Positions 52,110 through 64,000 of a stretch of DNA of 64,000 nt are shown here, one piece after another. This DNA comes from Haliotis rubra (Eukaryota): the NCBI RefSeq assembly GCF_003918875.1, contig NW_025767146.1, forward strand, positions 2,170,001 through 2,234,000, in the 5' to 3' direction. The position numbers and the translations under genes are program-made. Position 1 is the first letter of the stretch; every line of letters begins with the position of its first letter. Below the pieces are notes generated by a model that was not told the DNA's origin, did not search any database, and saw only the letters and a program-made list of their open reading frames with translations.

Positions 52110-52625
52110 TGCACACTTGCAGATCTGGGATAGCATCCAGTATAGGACAGTACAGCCTTGATAATGAAATGAGAGACACCATCCAGCACAGCCCTGTGTA
52201 GACGGGACACACCATCCAGTGCAGCCATGTATAGACGAGAGTCACAATCCAGTACAGGACAGTACAGCCTTGTATAGACGAGGGACACCATCCAGTACAG
52301 GACAGAACAGTCTTGTGTAGACAACGGACACCATCCAGTACAGGAGAGAACAGTCTTGTGTAGACAACGGACACCATCCAGTACATAACAGTACAGCCTT
52401 GTGTAAACAAGGGACACCATCCAGTACAGGATAGTACAGCCTTGTATAGACGAGAGTCACAATCCAGTGCAGGACAGTACAGCCTTGTATAGACGAGAGA
52501 CACCATCCAGTATAGCCTTGTATAGATGAGAGACACCATCAAGTACAGGAAAGTACAGCCTTGTGTAGCTGAGAAACTCCAATCAGTGCAGTCTTGTATA
52601 GATGAGAGACACCATCAAGTACAGC
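52110..52625. repeat. ~43-bp degenerate minisatellite (agtacagccttgtatagacgagggacaccatccagtacaggac)
   Basis: Direct periodicity with diverged and shortened units. Confidence 0.92.
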
Positions 52626-53687
52626 ACCGTGCTAACACAGATAACAGGACCACAATACTGAGGCAAGCAAGGGAAGATGTTTCTGTTTAATGGACAAACA
52701 TCGTTAAAAAGAAGACACAACGTTCACACAAACGGTACCAGCATCCGTGACAGTGGCCATAAAACTGCATCATAATCGAGGGGCTCTCAAATAAATCGTT
52801 CTGTCAAGCGTTAACTGTAACATTAAACTGACGTGTATATTGAAGTAACTGGTGGGCCTGCTGCCTCCTCTAGACATAGTATTTAGCCCTGGGCGGTAAA
52901 TGGTTTAGATCCAGTTGTAGCTCTAAATTAAGCCAATGTCAGGAAATCGGACTTTATTCACAGCCATCGTCTCGAGTGTTCTCAGATAGCGGATTTCAAT
53001 TACATCTTCAAACACCAGTTTGTGTTGGTCTGCGTGGTTCGTGTTGCCATAGCCTGACGACCCTCCAACTCCCTCCCCTTTTGTCCGTGGCGGAGGTATG
53101 GGGTTACTGTGTGCTTTCATACATCCCCTGACTGCTTGCAGCTTCCGTCATCACAACGCTGACACAACACAAACCAAAGACTCCTTTCACTTCCGGGACA
53201 AGAGACAGGAAGTGGTGTTTTCCGGGGCGGAATTGCTACAAACTATGGTCAGTCCACCAACGTGCTCAGACTAGGCTCCAATGTGTAATAACGCGAGTGG
53301 TCAGCTGTTTAGATCTTTAGTCTAATAACCTTGTTTCTGACAACTATTCGTCACGTGATCACATGGCGCAACTAATATCCTGTGGTAAAATGACACTCAG
53401 CTGACCTAAATAACTCATCTACTGACCTCGGTTGAAAGACCGATATCTATCTGCTGATCAGGCCATCGATTGTTTCCAATTCAATAACTTCCGTTTTCAT
53501 GCACTGTCTGTTCGCAGAAGGGTCAAGACTTGAGAGCTTGTTTTCCCCTCTCACAGTTTCTACTCAATTCTCAGATCCTGCTACCAATTACCAGTGATCT
53601 TCTAACACCCTTCGAACACATTCTTTACAACTACACCCTGTTACCAATGAACCTTTTACACCCATCTAACAACCAACCTCCTTACTA

Positions 53688-55190
53688 TACTAGCCACAGA
53701 AAGAAACTGTGCATTGTCAAAATATTATCCCAGTTGATAAGTACGATAACAATGTCAAAGGTACATTAAACTTTAATGGGGGGATCAGGAGACCATAACA
53801 AGTCGGGAGAATTTCAATTGAAAAGTCAATCACAATGACGTCACGAGTCCAAAAGCGGGACAGGGGTCAAAATACCATGTCACAAGCTCAATAACGGGTA
53901 TGTCCACCATCGGCATTGAAAACAGCAGTGCATCGACGACGCATAGAGCCTATCAAACGTGCAAGGAAGGCTTGTTGGATGTCACGCCAGATTCTCTCAA
54001 GGTCTGTTGCAAGATCAAGGACGTTATCTGGCGGAGGAGGAAGACAGCGTAGACGTCGATCCATCTCGTCCCAAACATGCTCTATTGGGGAGAGATCCGG
54101 TGAATTTGCAGGCCAAGGCAGTAAGTAAACGTTGTGGTGTTGCAAGAAATCCATAGCAACCCTTGCCGTATGAGGGCGGGCATCGTCCTGTTGGAATATT
54201 AACCCAGGGCCATGACGTTGCAGAAAAGGAATTGCCACAGGTCGAAGAATCTGATCCCTGTAGCCCACACCAGTTAAGTTGCCCTGAACACACCAGTTAA
54301 GTTGCTGCTGTTATTCCACCCCAAATCATCACGGAACCACCACCAAAGCGATTCCTCTCCAAGACACAGGCCTGTGCATAACGTTCTCCCACGCGTCTAT
54401 AGGCACGTTGACGTCCATCACTATGGGAAATGTTAAACCTGGACTCATCTGTAAAAACAACATTTCTCCACCAAAACAAGGGTCTGCGGACATGATTTCG
54501 GCACCACATTCGGCGAGCTTGTCGATGACGTTGTGTCAGGATAGGCCGTATGGCGAGACGTCGTGGTCTGATCCCGTGATGACGTTAACGTTGTCGAACT
54601 GTGTTGGGGTGGATACGGCGAAGTCCTGGGAAAGTTCGGGTAGTCATCGCTGCAGTCTGAAACCTGTGGCGAAGATGGGTCACCCTTATCCATCTGTCCT
54701 GTCTTGGCGTTGTTACACGTGGACGTCCAGAACGTGGCCGATCGATGACGTCATTTGTGTTCTGGTAGCGTCTCACCAGTGCAGAAATGGTGTTCCGGTG
54801 GCAGTGGAAATGTGCAGCCCCTTGTCGTTGAGACATTCCCCCACGGACCATCCCAGTGGCCTCATGACGTTATGCAGACGTGAGCTATGGCATGCTATGC
54901 GTTTCAATAGCCGTTTAATTTTTTGAACGATCGCAAGGGCAGGGGTTGAGCTTTCCAAAGTGACAGTATTGTGTGGCATTTATTTTCTCTGTTTCTCTTT
55001 CCCGGAATGCACGCGTAACAACGTATTGCACGTCTCAAGGACGAACCCACTGACGTCACGGACCGTGGCACGTGCCTGCATGTTGGATACATATCACTAA
55101 TCTCTGAGTTTAAATCCTTATGTGTCTACACAGGTTTGATAAATTTGGATTTTAAATTTTTGTATGCACAGTTTATTTATGTGCCTAGTA
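53688..55190 (-). mobile_element. Full-length Tc1/mariner (DD34E) DNA transposon, about 1.5 kb
   Basis: Left TIR tactagccacagaaagaaactgtgcat and right TIR (reverse complement) tactaggcacataaataaactgtgcat. TA dinucleotides flank both ends (53686-53687, 55191-55192). Confidence 0.95.
53888..54893 (-). pseudogene. Tc1-family transposase with nonsense mutations and a frameshift
   Basis: MP*LTSA*RHEATGM...DRPRSGRPRVTT...VVFTDESRF...GGGSVMIWGGI...FQQDDARPH...WPANSPDLSPIEHVW...GGHTRY. There are 34 residues between the second catalytic D and the E. Confidence 0.96.
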
Positions 55191-55444
55191 TATAAACCAA
55201 TGAGATTGTTACAACCGCCTTGCACTCGCTTCATGTTACCAGTGGGATTGGTACACCCGTCTAACAACCTCCTTTCAAAAAAAACAATGAGATTGTTTTA
55301 ACCTCAACATGCCCTCACCTCAACTTTTTATACTCCTGTAATAAACTCCCACAAGTACTCCGTCCATAAACCACATCCAGTAATGTCTAAACCTTATCCA
55401 TAAGCACCAGGCTTTTCCACTGACAGCCGCTAAGAGACACAGAC

Positions 55445-55650
55445 ACCCGACCCCCATAACCACCCACCCCGCACCACTCCACATCACACCACACCATCCC
55501 GCTCCAACACCACACCACACAACACCGCACCGCACCGAACCGCACCGCACAACACCGCACCGCACCGCACCGCACCAGGATACCCCTCACTACCATCCAC
55601 AACACCCATCCACCATCCTCCAACCACCCAACTCACACAACATCCAACCA
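55445..55650. repeat. C/A-rich low-complexity (cacac/cgcac)n tract
   Basis: Pentamer periodicity is visible directly. Confidence 0.85.
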
Positions 55651-56309
55651 CGAGTCCATGGTTCCGCTACGACAGTCCCCTCTCTAAAGCAGCCAGCCTA
55701 CTTTTTTCAGTCCTATTTTGTGCCGGGCAGAAACTCAACCATAACCATTTAAAGTTAACATATTCATCCAGACTCTTCGAGAGCGTCAGTTGCTGGTGAA
55801 AGACTTCATTAGACATGGGTTCTCCAAAAGCATAATGACAACTGCCTACTTGTACTATTGCGACGTAATGAGGAGAATGTGTTGCTTCTATCATTGTGTG
55901 TATGGTGAGCGTGGAGACTCTTCACATCTGAGACATACCTGACGTGCTCATGTCAGATCACAGAGCGCGGCACTCCCGCTATCGCACTCCAAGTGGAGCG
56001 TTCACACAGCTAATACCATTGCCCTTGAAGCTACATTTAAACACTACATGTACATTTTTGTCAAATGTGACTCGGTCCAGAATGTACAGCCATCTATTTG
56101 CATCTATGTGCGTGGTACGCATACCGTTGGCTGCTAACCACGGAAATTGTCATACGCAACGTGATTTAGTAACAGTAAACAACCTGCACCAGCAGCTGTT
56201 GACATACAGCATGTGCCGCCTTCACTATTGTACCACAAAGCGTACTGACACTGTCCGTGTCTGTACATGCATATGTATTATAATAATATAATGTATATAG
56301 ACAGGACAA

Positions 56310-58112
56310 TGTGTATATATCACATAAAAAAAACTATAAAACATATATCATCAGTTAAAGGAGCCCAGCGACAAAACTGTTTCTGTGTATATATCACATA
56401 ATGGAGCCCAGCCACTAGAACACAGTAAACTGTTTCTGTGTATATATCTGATAAAGGAGCCCAGCCACAAGAACACAGTAAACTGTTTCTGTGTATATAT
56501 CACATAATGGAGCCCAGCCACTAGAACACAGTGAAACTGTTTCTGTGTGTATATATCACATAATGGAGCACAGCCACTTTTCTGTGTATATATCACATAT
56601 GAAGCCCAGCGACTAGCCACAGTAAACACTGTGTATACATCACATAGTAAACTGTTTCTGTGTATATATCACATAATGGAGCCCAGCCACTAGAACACAG
56701 TAAACTGTTTCTGTGTATATATCACATAAAGGAGCCCAGCCACTAGAACACATTAAAATGTTTCTGTGTATATATCACATAAAGGAGCCCAGCCACTTTC
56801 TGTTCTGTATATATATCACTTATGGAGCCCAGCCACTAGAACACAGTAAACTGTTTCTGTGTATATATCACATAAAGGAGCCCAGCCACTAGAACACAGT
56901 AAACTGTTTCTGTGTATATATCACATAATGGAGCCCAGCCACTAGAACACAGTAAACTGTTTCTGTGTATATATCACATAAAGGAGCCCAGCCACTAGAA
57001 CACAGTAAACTGTTTCTGTATATATATCACATATAAATGGAACACAGTAAACTGTTTCTGTGTATATATCACATAAAGGAGCCCAGCCACTAGAACACAG
57101 TAAACTGTTTCTGTGCATATATCACATAATGGAGCCCAGCCACTAGAACACAGTAAACTGTTTCTGTGTATATATCACATAATGGAGCCCAGCCACTAGA
57201 ACACAGTAAACTGTTTCTGTGTATATATCACATAATGGAGCCCAGCCACTAGAACACAGTAAACTGTTTCTGTGTATATATCACATAATGGAGCCCAGCC
57301 ACTAGAATACAGTAAACTGTTTCTGTGTATATATCACATAATGAAGCCCAGCGACTAGAACACAGTAAACTGTTTCTGTGTATATATCACATAAAGGAGC
57401 CCAGCCACTAGAACACATTAAACTGTTTCTGTGTATATATCACATAAAGTACCCCAGCCACTAGAACACATTAAAATGTTTCTGTATATATATCACATAA
57501 AGGAGTCCAGCCACTTTCTGTGTATATATCACATAATGAAGCCCAGCCACTAGAACACAGTAAACTATTTCTGTGCATATATCACATAAAGGAGCCCAGC
57601 CACAAGAACACATTAAAATGTTTCTGTGTATATATCACATAAAGGAGCCCAGCCACTTTCTGTGTATATATCACATTATGAAGCCCAGCGACTAGAACAC
57701 AGTAAACTGTTTCTGTGTATATATCACATAAAGGAGCCCAGCCACAAGAACACAGTAAACTGTTTCTGTGTATATATCACATAAAGGAGCCCAGCCACTT
57801 TCTGTGTGTATATCATACTAGAACACATTAAAATGTGTCTGTATATATCATATATCATTATGAAGCCCAGCGACTAGAACACAGTAAACTGTTTCTGTGT
57901 ATATATCACATAATGGAGCCCAGCCACTAGAACACAGTGAACTGTTTCTGTGTATATATCACATAAAGGAGCCCAGCCACTTTCTGTGTGTATATCACAT
58001 AAAGGAGCCCAGCCACTAGAACACAGTAAACTGTTTCTGTGCATATATCACATAATGAAGCCCAGCGACTAGAACACAGTAAACTGTTTCTGTGTATATA
58101 TCACATAAAGGA
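56310..58112. repeat. 53-bp minisatellite (ggagcccagccactagaacacagtaaactgtttctgtgtatatatcacataaa), about 35 copies including shortened variants
   Basis: Direct tandem periodicity; sequence unrelated to the 53-bp unit at 27144. Confidence 0.98.
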
Positions 58113-58906
58113 CCTTATCAAGGTGGACACAATAAAATGCTCACACTGATTTAAGCAATTCAGCACATGTTCTACCAGTACATTAAGGAGATACGGTCAA
58201 AACACCCAGGCACATTTATGTCAGGTGCAGTTGCTACCTCAGTTATTTGTGACGTCACGTGTGACATGACAACCGTATAATGCTTCCATTCATATCTTTA
58301 CGCCATATGCCGGACACGTGTTCAGTTTAAGGTGAGGATCCACGGACGGTATTGCTGAGACGTGCCACGAGCGCGTGCCCATACACTATGCACTGTAAAG
58401 TGCGCATTTCCTATACAGGTGCTTGAGCAGGAAGATGAAAGGTTCAGCAGAGGTTAAGGAGGAGTTATTACATTCAATGTTCCCACTATTACCACTAAGA
58501 AGCTGCTCCCTGCTTTATGCCGGGTCGGTGTCAGATCTCACATTGAGGAAAACAGTCAACGTTTTTCATCCATGAAATATACAGCTCGGTTTCCGGAACA
58601 GGAGTTTGGTTTTAGTGAGTGATGTACTTGATTTCATCAACAAAACAACTTCTCGAGAGAGGTCTTATTAAATTTGTGTCTCTGCTACAAAAGGACAAAT
58701 GAACAAAACTAAATTGAACGTGTGAACATTATGAATAAGATAAACTTTTAAGAATCGCCAAAACAAGCAATTTATACGCATTTTAACCAAATGTTATTCA
58801 GGTACAATGGGCGATCTCTTCCGAATTATTTTCCCTTCATTACCCCACTAGGTGCGCTGATGCGAGCTGTAGGTGTTACTATTACATTTAGAGACAGTTT
58901 TGTCTC

Positions 58907-59087
58907 TTTGTTTGTTCTTTAACGCCTCACTCAACAATTTTCCAGCTATATGGCGGCGGTCTGAAAATAATCGAGTCTGGACCAGACAATCCAGTGATTA
59001 ACGGCATGAGCATCGACATGTGTCAACCAAGTCAGCAGGCCTAGCCGCTCATCCCGGTAGTCGCCTGTTATGACAAGCATGGGTTGC
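58907..59087 (-). mobile_element. Family A SINE copy (internal deletion, head partly lost)
   Basis: tccagctatatggcggcggtctg...cgagtctggaccagacaatccagtgat...gtcgcctgttatgacaagcatggg matches the 40596 copy. Confidence 0.88.
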
Positions 59088-59368
59088 TCTAACAGGTAGC
59101 CAGTGTAGCTTCGCCTTCACTAGTAACGTCCACGGTGGTATATGGACAGTATATCTTTTACCCAAAATGATGTTAAATCTGGTGTCGTGTTCTCAAATAT
59201 TTCATCCGTGATCCCATGATACACAAGATATGATCATGATTGCTTACATTGCAAAAGTGAATCTCCTGATGGACGTTCGAAGCGAAGAGGTGGAATCATT
59301 TAATCGTTCATTTTAAGTCGTGTTTTGTCGTTTTATCGGTAATTTAAGTTTTAGATGTTTGAATATCA

Positions 59369-59495
59369 GGTTAGGTTAGTTTTACGCCGCTTTTAGCAAT
59401 ATACCAGCAATATCACGGCGGGGACACCAGGAATGGGCTACACATTGTACTACTCAGAAGGGGAATTGAACCCGGGTCTTCGCGATCGGCGTGAC
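59369..59495 (-). mobile_element. Family B tRNA-SINE copy, cut off by the assembly gap
   Basis: ccgcttttagcaatataccagcaatatcacggcggggacaccag...gaacccgggtcttcg matches 51828-51922. Confidence 0.9.
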
Positions 59496-59653
59496 NNNNN
59501 NNNNNNNNNNNNNNNNNNNNNNNNNNNNNNNNNNNNNNNNNNNNNNNNNNNNNNNNNNNNNNNNNNNNNNNNNNNNNNNNNNNNNNNNNNNNNNNNNNNN
59601 NNNNNNNNNNNNNNNNNNNNNNNNNNNNNNNNNNNNNNNNNNNNNNNNNNNNN
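59496..59653. other. Assembly gap (N run)
   Basis: Run of N. Confidence 1.
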
Positions 59654-60549
59654 CTCACACAAACAAATAAAAATTGTCAATCTTTTTTCAAATGATAATT
59701 TTATTTGATATTTTCTATGATGATGCATGTGTCGTTTAATATTACACTACAGGACTTTACTTTTACAGTCATTATACACAATCTGTGTAACCAAAACATG
59801 AATATTCATATGTCATTTTATTCTGTTAATGCATCATACATATCCTCTGGGGCAGTCGGTATGATCTGTTGTTTGTTGAGACAAGTATCTGCAATTTATC
59901 ACATGTTTTAAGAGCTTTAACCGGATCAGAATGTTGTAAGAAATGGATCAATATATTACCACATATAATGACTCATAGCACTGACTGATGGACACATTTT
60001 ATAAGAAATAGAATATTATGGGTAAATCGTTTCTTTCAAACTGCGATGAATGGTATCTATACTGCAACTGCTTGGGTGATAGATGTATGGTACGTTTAGT
60101 ATATTGTAATAGCATATTGTCAGAAGTACCAACAACACTGAAACCAGAAGTGTGAGGAACGTTGATTAAAAAAAACACATTCAGAATCAACTGTCAAATT
60201 CTGCAAAGCATCTCTTCAATTATCAATAAAGTCATGGATGTATACTAATTATAAATCCGCGGTAAAGGCCTGCCACAGGATGCCCATTGGTGAAAGATAT
60301 TCCAATTATGGTATGTTACCCGAGACTTACAATGTCTCGTGTCCTGGAGCAGGAAATGCCGTGACAATATACCGATTTTTTATGGAGTTTCCCCTCTTGT
60401 CTCCCATCGTGTCAGTTCGTATTGCACATAGAGATTAAACAAATGAGTTGTTTTATTAACTCGCAATCACCGCAAAATATCTGTCAGTTATGTCGTTGTT
60501 TACAAGCGACCGTTTATTAATGAAGGTGCAACAAGTAATTATGATCACG

Positions 60550-61510
60550 TGATGGTTAGGAGTATTGCCATGTGACTGTTCGGGCTGTGGCCATGTGACT
60601 GGTAGGAGTGTGTCATTGGTCATGTAACTGTTAGGAGTATGGTCAAGTGACTGTAAGGATTATGGTCATGTGACTGTTAGGGTTACGGACACGTGACTGT
60701 TAGGAGTATGGTCATGTGATTGTTAAGATTATGGTCATGTGACTGTTAGGATTATGGTCATATAACTGTTAGGATTATGGTCCTGTGACTGTTAGGATTA
60801 TGGTCCTGTGACTGTTGGGTCATATATGTTAGTCATGTGACTGTTGGGTTATGGTCCTGTGACTGTTGGGGTTATGGTCATGTGACTGTTAGGGTTAGGA
60901 CTGTTAGGATTATGGTCCTGTGACTGTTAGGATTATGGTCCTGTGACTGTTGGGGTTATGGTCATGTGACTGTTGGGATTATGGTCATGTGATTGTTAGG
61001 ATTATGGTCCTGTGATTGTTGGGATTATGGTCATGTGACTGTTGGGATTATGGTCCTGTGACTGTTAGGATTATGGTCCTGCGACTGTTGGGATTATGGT
61101 CATGTGACTGTTGGGGTTATGGTCATGTAACTGTTGGGATTATGGTCCTGTGATTGTTGGGGTTATGGTCATGTGACTGTTGGGATTATGGTCATGTGAC
61201 TGTTGGGATTATGGTCCTGTGATTGTTGGGGTTATGGTCATGTGACTGTTGGGGTTATGGTCCTGTGATTGTTGGGGTTATGGTCATGTGACTGTTGGGG
61301 TTATGGTCCTGTGATTGTTGGGGTTATGGTCCTGTGATTGTTGGGGTTATGGTCCTGTGACTGTTGGGATTATGGTCATGTGACTGTTAGAATAATGGTC
61401 CTGTGACTGTTGGGGTTATGGTCATGTGACTGTTGGGGTTATGGTCATGTGACTGTTGGGGTTATGGTCATGTGACTGTTGGGATTATGGTCCTGTGACT
61501 GTTAGGATTA
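60550..61510. repeat. 23-bp minisatellite (gggattatggtcatgtgactgtt), about 41 copies
   Basis: Direct periodicity, with a degenerate left end. Confidence 0.98.
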
Positions 61511-62119
61511 GGCAGCCTTTTGGAGGACAGGAACCGTTGGTCGTTGACAAAGCTGATGAAGGGAAAACAGACGCTTTTTTCAACGTTGCTTCCGCTGCCG
61601 TAGCCGATGGTGTTAGTGACGAGCCTCCTGCCGCATATAGACACAGAGTTGCAAGCGTTGTCTGTCCGCGGAGGAGCAGTATCCCTCGTCGCCATCATCC
61701 CCAGCTTCTGAACCCGTCCAGGGGTACTACTCCAAAGTAGCCTCGTCTCACGGCGTCGTGCGACGTGCAGGTTGCATCTCCAATGTTGGGAGTATAACCA
61801 GCAACCAATTACACACTTCCTTCTGTCGTCCGGCATTACGTTCCATGAAGTTAATATGATGTAGAACAAGGAATCTCAGGAAACATGTCGTCGGTCGACG
61901 TACGACTTATGAGCAATTCTCACGAAAGCCTGACCATATGCATGCTGTGTGATGCTTGGCAGATACTTACAAACCATGACGTGTGGATGTTTCTCACGTG
62001 CTGGATAAGTTCTCAATACACCCACGCATGACATGTTCCTACAAAACATGACGTCTTATAGGTTCGTGAGATAAGTGCTTAAGTCCACAGACACGTGATA
62101 CATTCAGAAGAACCATTTG

Positions 62120-62545
62120 TTGGATAAGTTCACAAGAGTAACGGTGTGGTATAGGTTCACAAGAGTCACGGTGTGGTATAGGTTCACAAGAGCCTTGGTG
62201 TGGTATAGGTTCACAAGAGCCTTTGTGTGGTATAGGTTCACAAGAGCCCTGGTGTAGTATAGGTTCACAAGAGTCACGGTGTGGTATAGGTTCACAAGAG
62301 CCTTGGTGTGGTATAGGTTCACAAGAGCCTTGGTGTAGTATAGGTTCACAAGAGCCTTGGTGTGGTATAGGTTCACAAGAGCCCTGGTGTAGTATAGGTT
62401 CACAAGAGCCCTGGTGTGGTATAGGTTCACAAGAGCATTGGTGTGGTATAGGTTCACAAGGGCCCTGGTGTAGTATAGGTTCACAAGAGCCTTGGTGTGG
62501 TATAGGTTCACAAGGGCCTTGGTGTTGAATTAGTTGAACCTCGGT
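62120..62545. repeat. 27-bp minisatellite (gtgtggtataggttcacaagagccttg), about 15 copies
   Basis: Direct periodicity; source of the 9-aa repeat ORFs. Confidence 0.98.
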
Positions 62546-62808
62546 GTTGGATAAGTTAGCATAAGCCATGGCGAGAGATGTTCACCAGAACTATGTGTGG
62601 GGGAGGTAAGGTAACACATCATGGTGTGTGGTACTTCCTCAATGCACATGGAAAGCGTTTTCAGTAAACATGGTATTGGATAAGTTCTCAAAAACAAATT
62701 CGACTTGTCATAAACCTTAAGGGGCATAAATTCTCAATAACTATGACGTGTAACATGGCGTGGTATAATCTCTCACAAAGCATGCTAGTGAAAATAGGGG
62801 GCTGATAC

Positions 62809-63325
62809 TCTCTCATAGTCAGGACAGGTGATTCCGGGAAATCCCGTCTTGTGACATGGGAGACGTTCTCTCATAGTCAGGACAGGTGATTCCGGGGAAT
62901 CCCATCTTGTGACATGGAAGAAGTTCTCTCATAGTCAGGACAGGTGATTCCGGGGAATCCCATCTTGTGACATGGCACGTTCTCTCATAGTCAGGACAGA
63001 TGATTCCGGGGAATCCCATCTTGTGACATGAAGGAAGTTCTCTCATAGTTAGGACAGGTGATTCCGGGGGAATCCCATCTTGTGACATGGGAGAAGTTCT
63101 CTCATAGCCAGGACAGGTGATTCCGGGGAATCCCATCTTGTGATATGAAGGAAGTTCTGTCATAGTCAGGACAGGTGATTCCGGGGGAATCCCATCTTGT
63201 GACATGGGAGAAGTTCTCTCAAAGTCAGGACAGTCGATTCCGGGGAATCCCATCTTGTGACATGAAGGAAGTTCTCTCATAGTCAGGACAGGTGATTCCG
63301 GGGATCCCATTTAGTGACACGGAGG
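62809..63325. repeat. 58-bp minisatellite (tctctcatagtcaggacaggtgattccggggaatcccatcttgtgacatgggagaagt), about 9 copies
   Basis: Direct periodicity. Confidence 0.98.
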
Positions 63326-64000
63326 AAGTAAAGTATACTACCCCTTATGAATATCTAGCGTGGAAGAGATATATTTGATATGATTAACGGAATCCCAGAT
63401 TACGGAGGCCATACTCTTTTCAGTAGATTGGGGAGTCTTTGGTGGTCAAATGTCAACTGTTTCAATGTTTAAATCCAGTGATAAATAGAGGGGTCCTTTG
63501 TCATCCTTTGTCGTTGCAAGAACCTTGCTGGATCAGCTTCAATCAGGAAGATTTTCATGTTCTGCCTTGTGCGTCTTTAGTCCTAACTCAGGCGCTTGAC
63601 GACTTCAAGGGCTGATACTTTCTTCATTGTCGTGCAGTGGTGGAATATTTCTGGCATCACTGACGTCACAGGCCTTTCAGAACAGAAATCGGAGTACAGA
63701 CCCTACAACGCTAAAGAATCTGCTGCCAACCTCGTACAGTGGCGTAGTAAGGAGCATGCACTCATGTTTATAGATGGCTTTTTGGAGTTCAGGCACTTTC
63801 TGCCTGTAATTGATCGCCGCACGTATCTAAAGTTTGTCAATTTTCCAAACATCGCAGTCCCCTGCCTATTTTACTGACTCGTTACAGCGAAATATACCTA
63901 AATGACTCACGTATTCTTGATATGCCTCTATGATATCATGTCACGTCCACAACAAAACTTTACTATTACATTCGTTTCAGAATTTATCAGTCAGCCCTCA

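Larger units (their letters stand above)
61510..64000 (+). mobile_element. Decayed Penelope-like RT interrupted by the 27-bp and 58-bp arrays
   Basis: LVVDKADEG (about 61537; ~IVIKKADKG), WKRYI*YD (63361; ~WKRYIDD) and PNSGA*RL (about 63580; ~PYSQALRL) occur in the expected order. Confidence 0.5.

Noticed and set aside
1010-52625. Shared GTAC/AGTACT palindromes in several array units as a common amplification signal
   Set aside because: Present in about five units but absent from many others; a 4-mer is expected by chance in units of this length.
60550-61510. Interstitial telomeric repeat
   Set aside because: Only isolated ttaggg/ttagga hexamers inside a 23-bp unit; there is no (TTAGGG)n run.
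61545-61585. Hammerhead core ctgatgaagggaaaac
   Set aside because: No stem II pairing or convincing flanking stems; better explained as the KADEG codons of the decayed RT.

Overview
This is eukaryotic, repeat-dominated DNA with two assembly gaps and no recognisable intact host gene. The SINE families look to me like mollusc (abalone-like) repeats, but that is recollection and not a search result. About 25 kb (roughly 40%) consists of some 20 mutually unrelated minisatellite arrays with units of 11-69 bp; the largest are 8.3 kb of a 63-bp unit and 3.3 kb of a 53-bp unit. Most long ORFs in the track are artefacts of these arrays. Clearly recognisable mobile elements: a full-length Tc1-type (DD34E) transposon with TIRs and TA target site (53688-55190), a second decayed Tc1, a 5'-truncated RTEX/CR1-like LINE (about 48450-51100), a tRNA-derived SINE family, and a second ~245-bp SINE-like family that shares the same 3' tail but has a pseudoknot-like head instead of Pol III boxes. 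The spacer DNA is largely made of heavily decayed retroelements, recognisable only from scattered motifs (I/Nimb-like LINEs, Penelope-like elements, DIRS-like elements). The two most interesting signals are (i) minisatellites that appear to have arisen in place from SINE heads, SINE tails and fossil retroelement bodies, and (ii) the structured, possibly ribozyme-like 5' head of the non-tRNA SINE.
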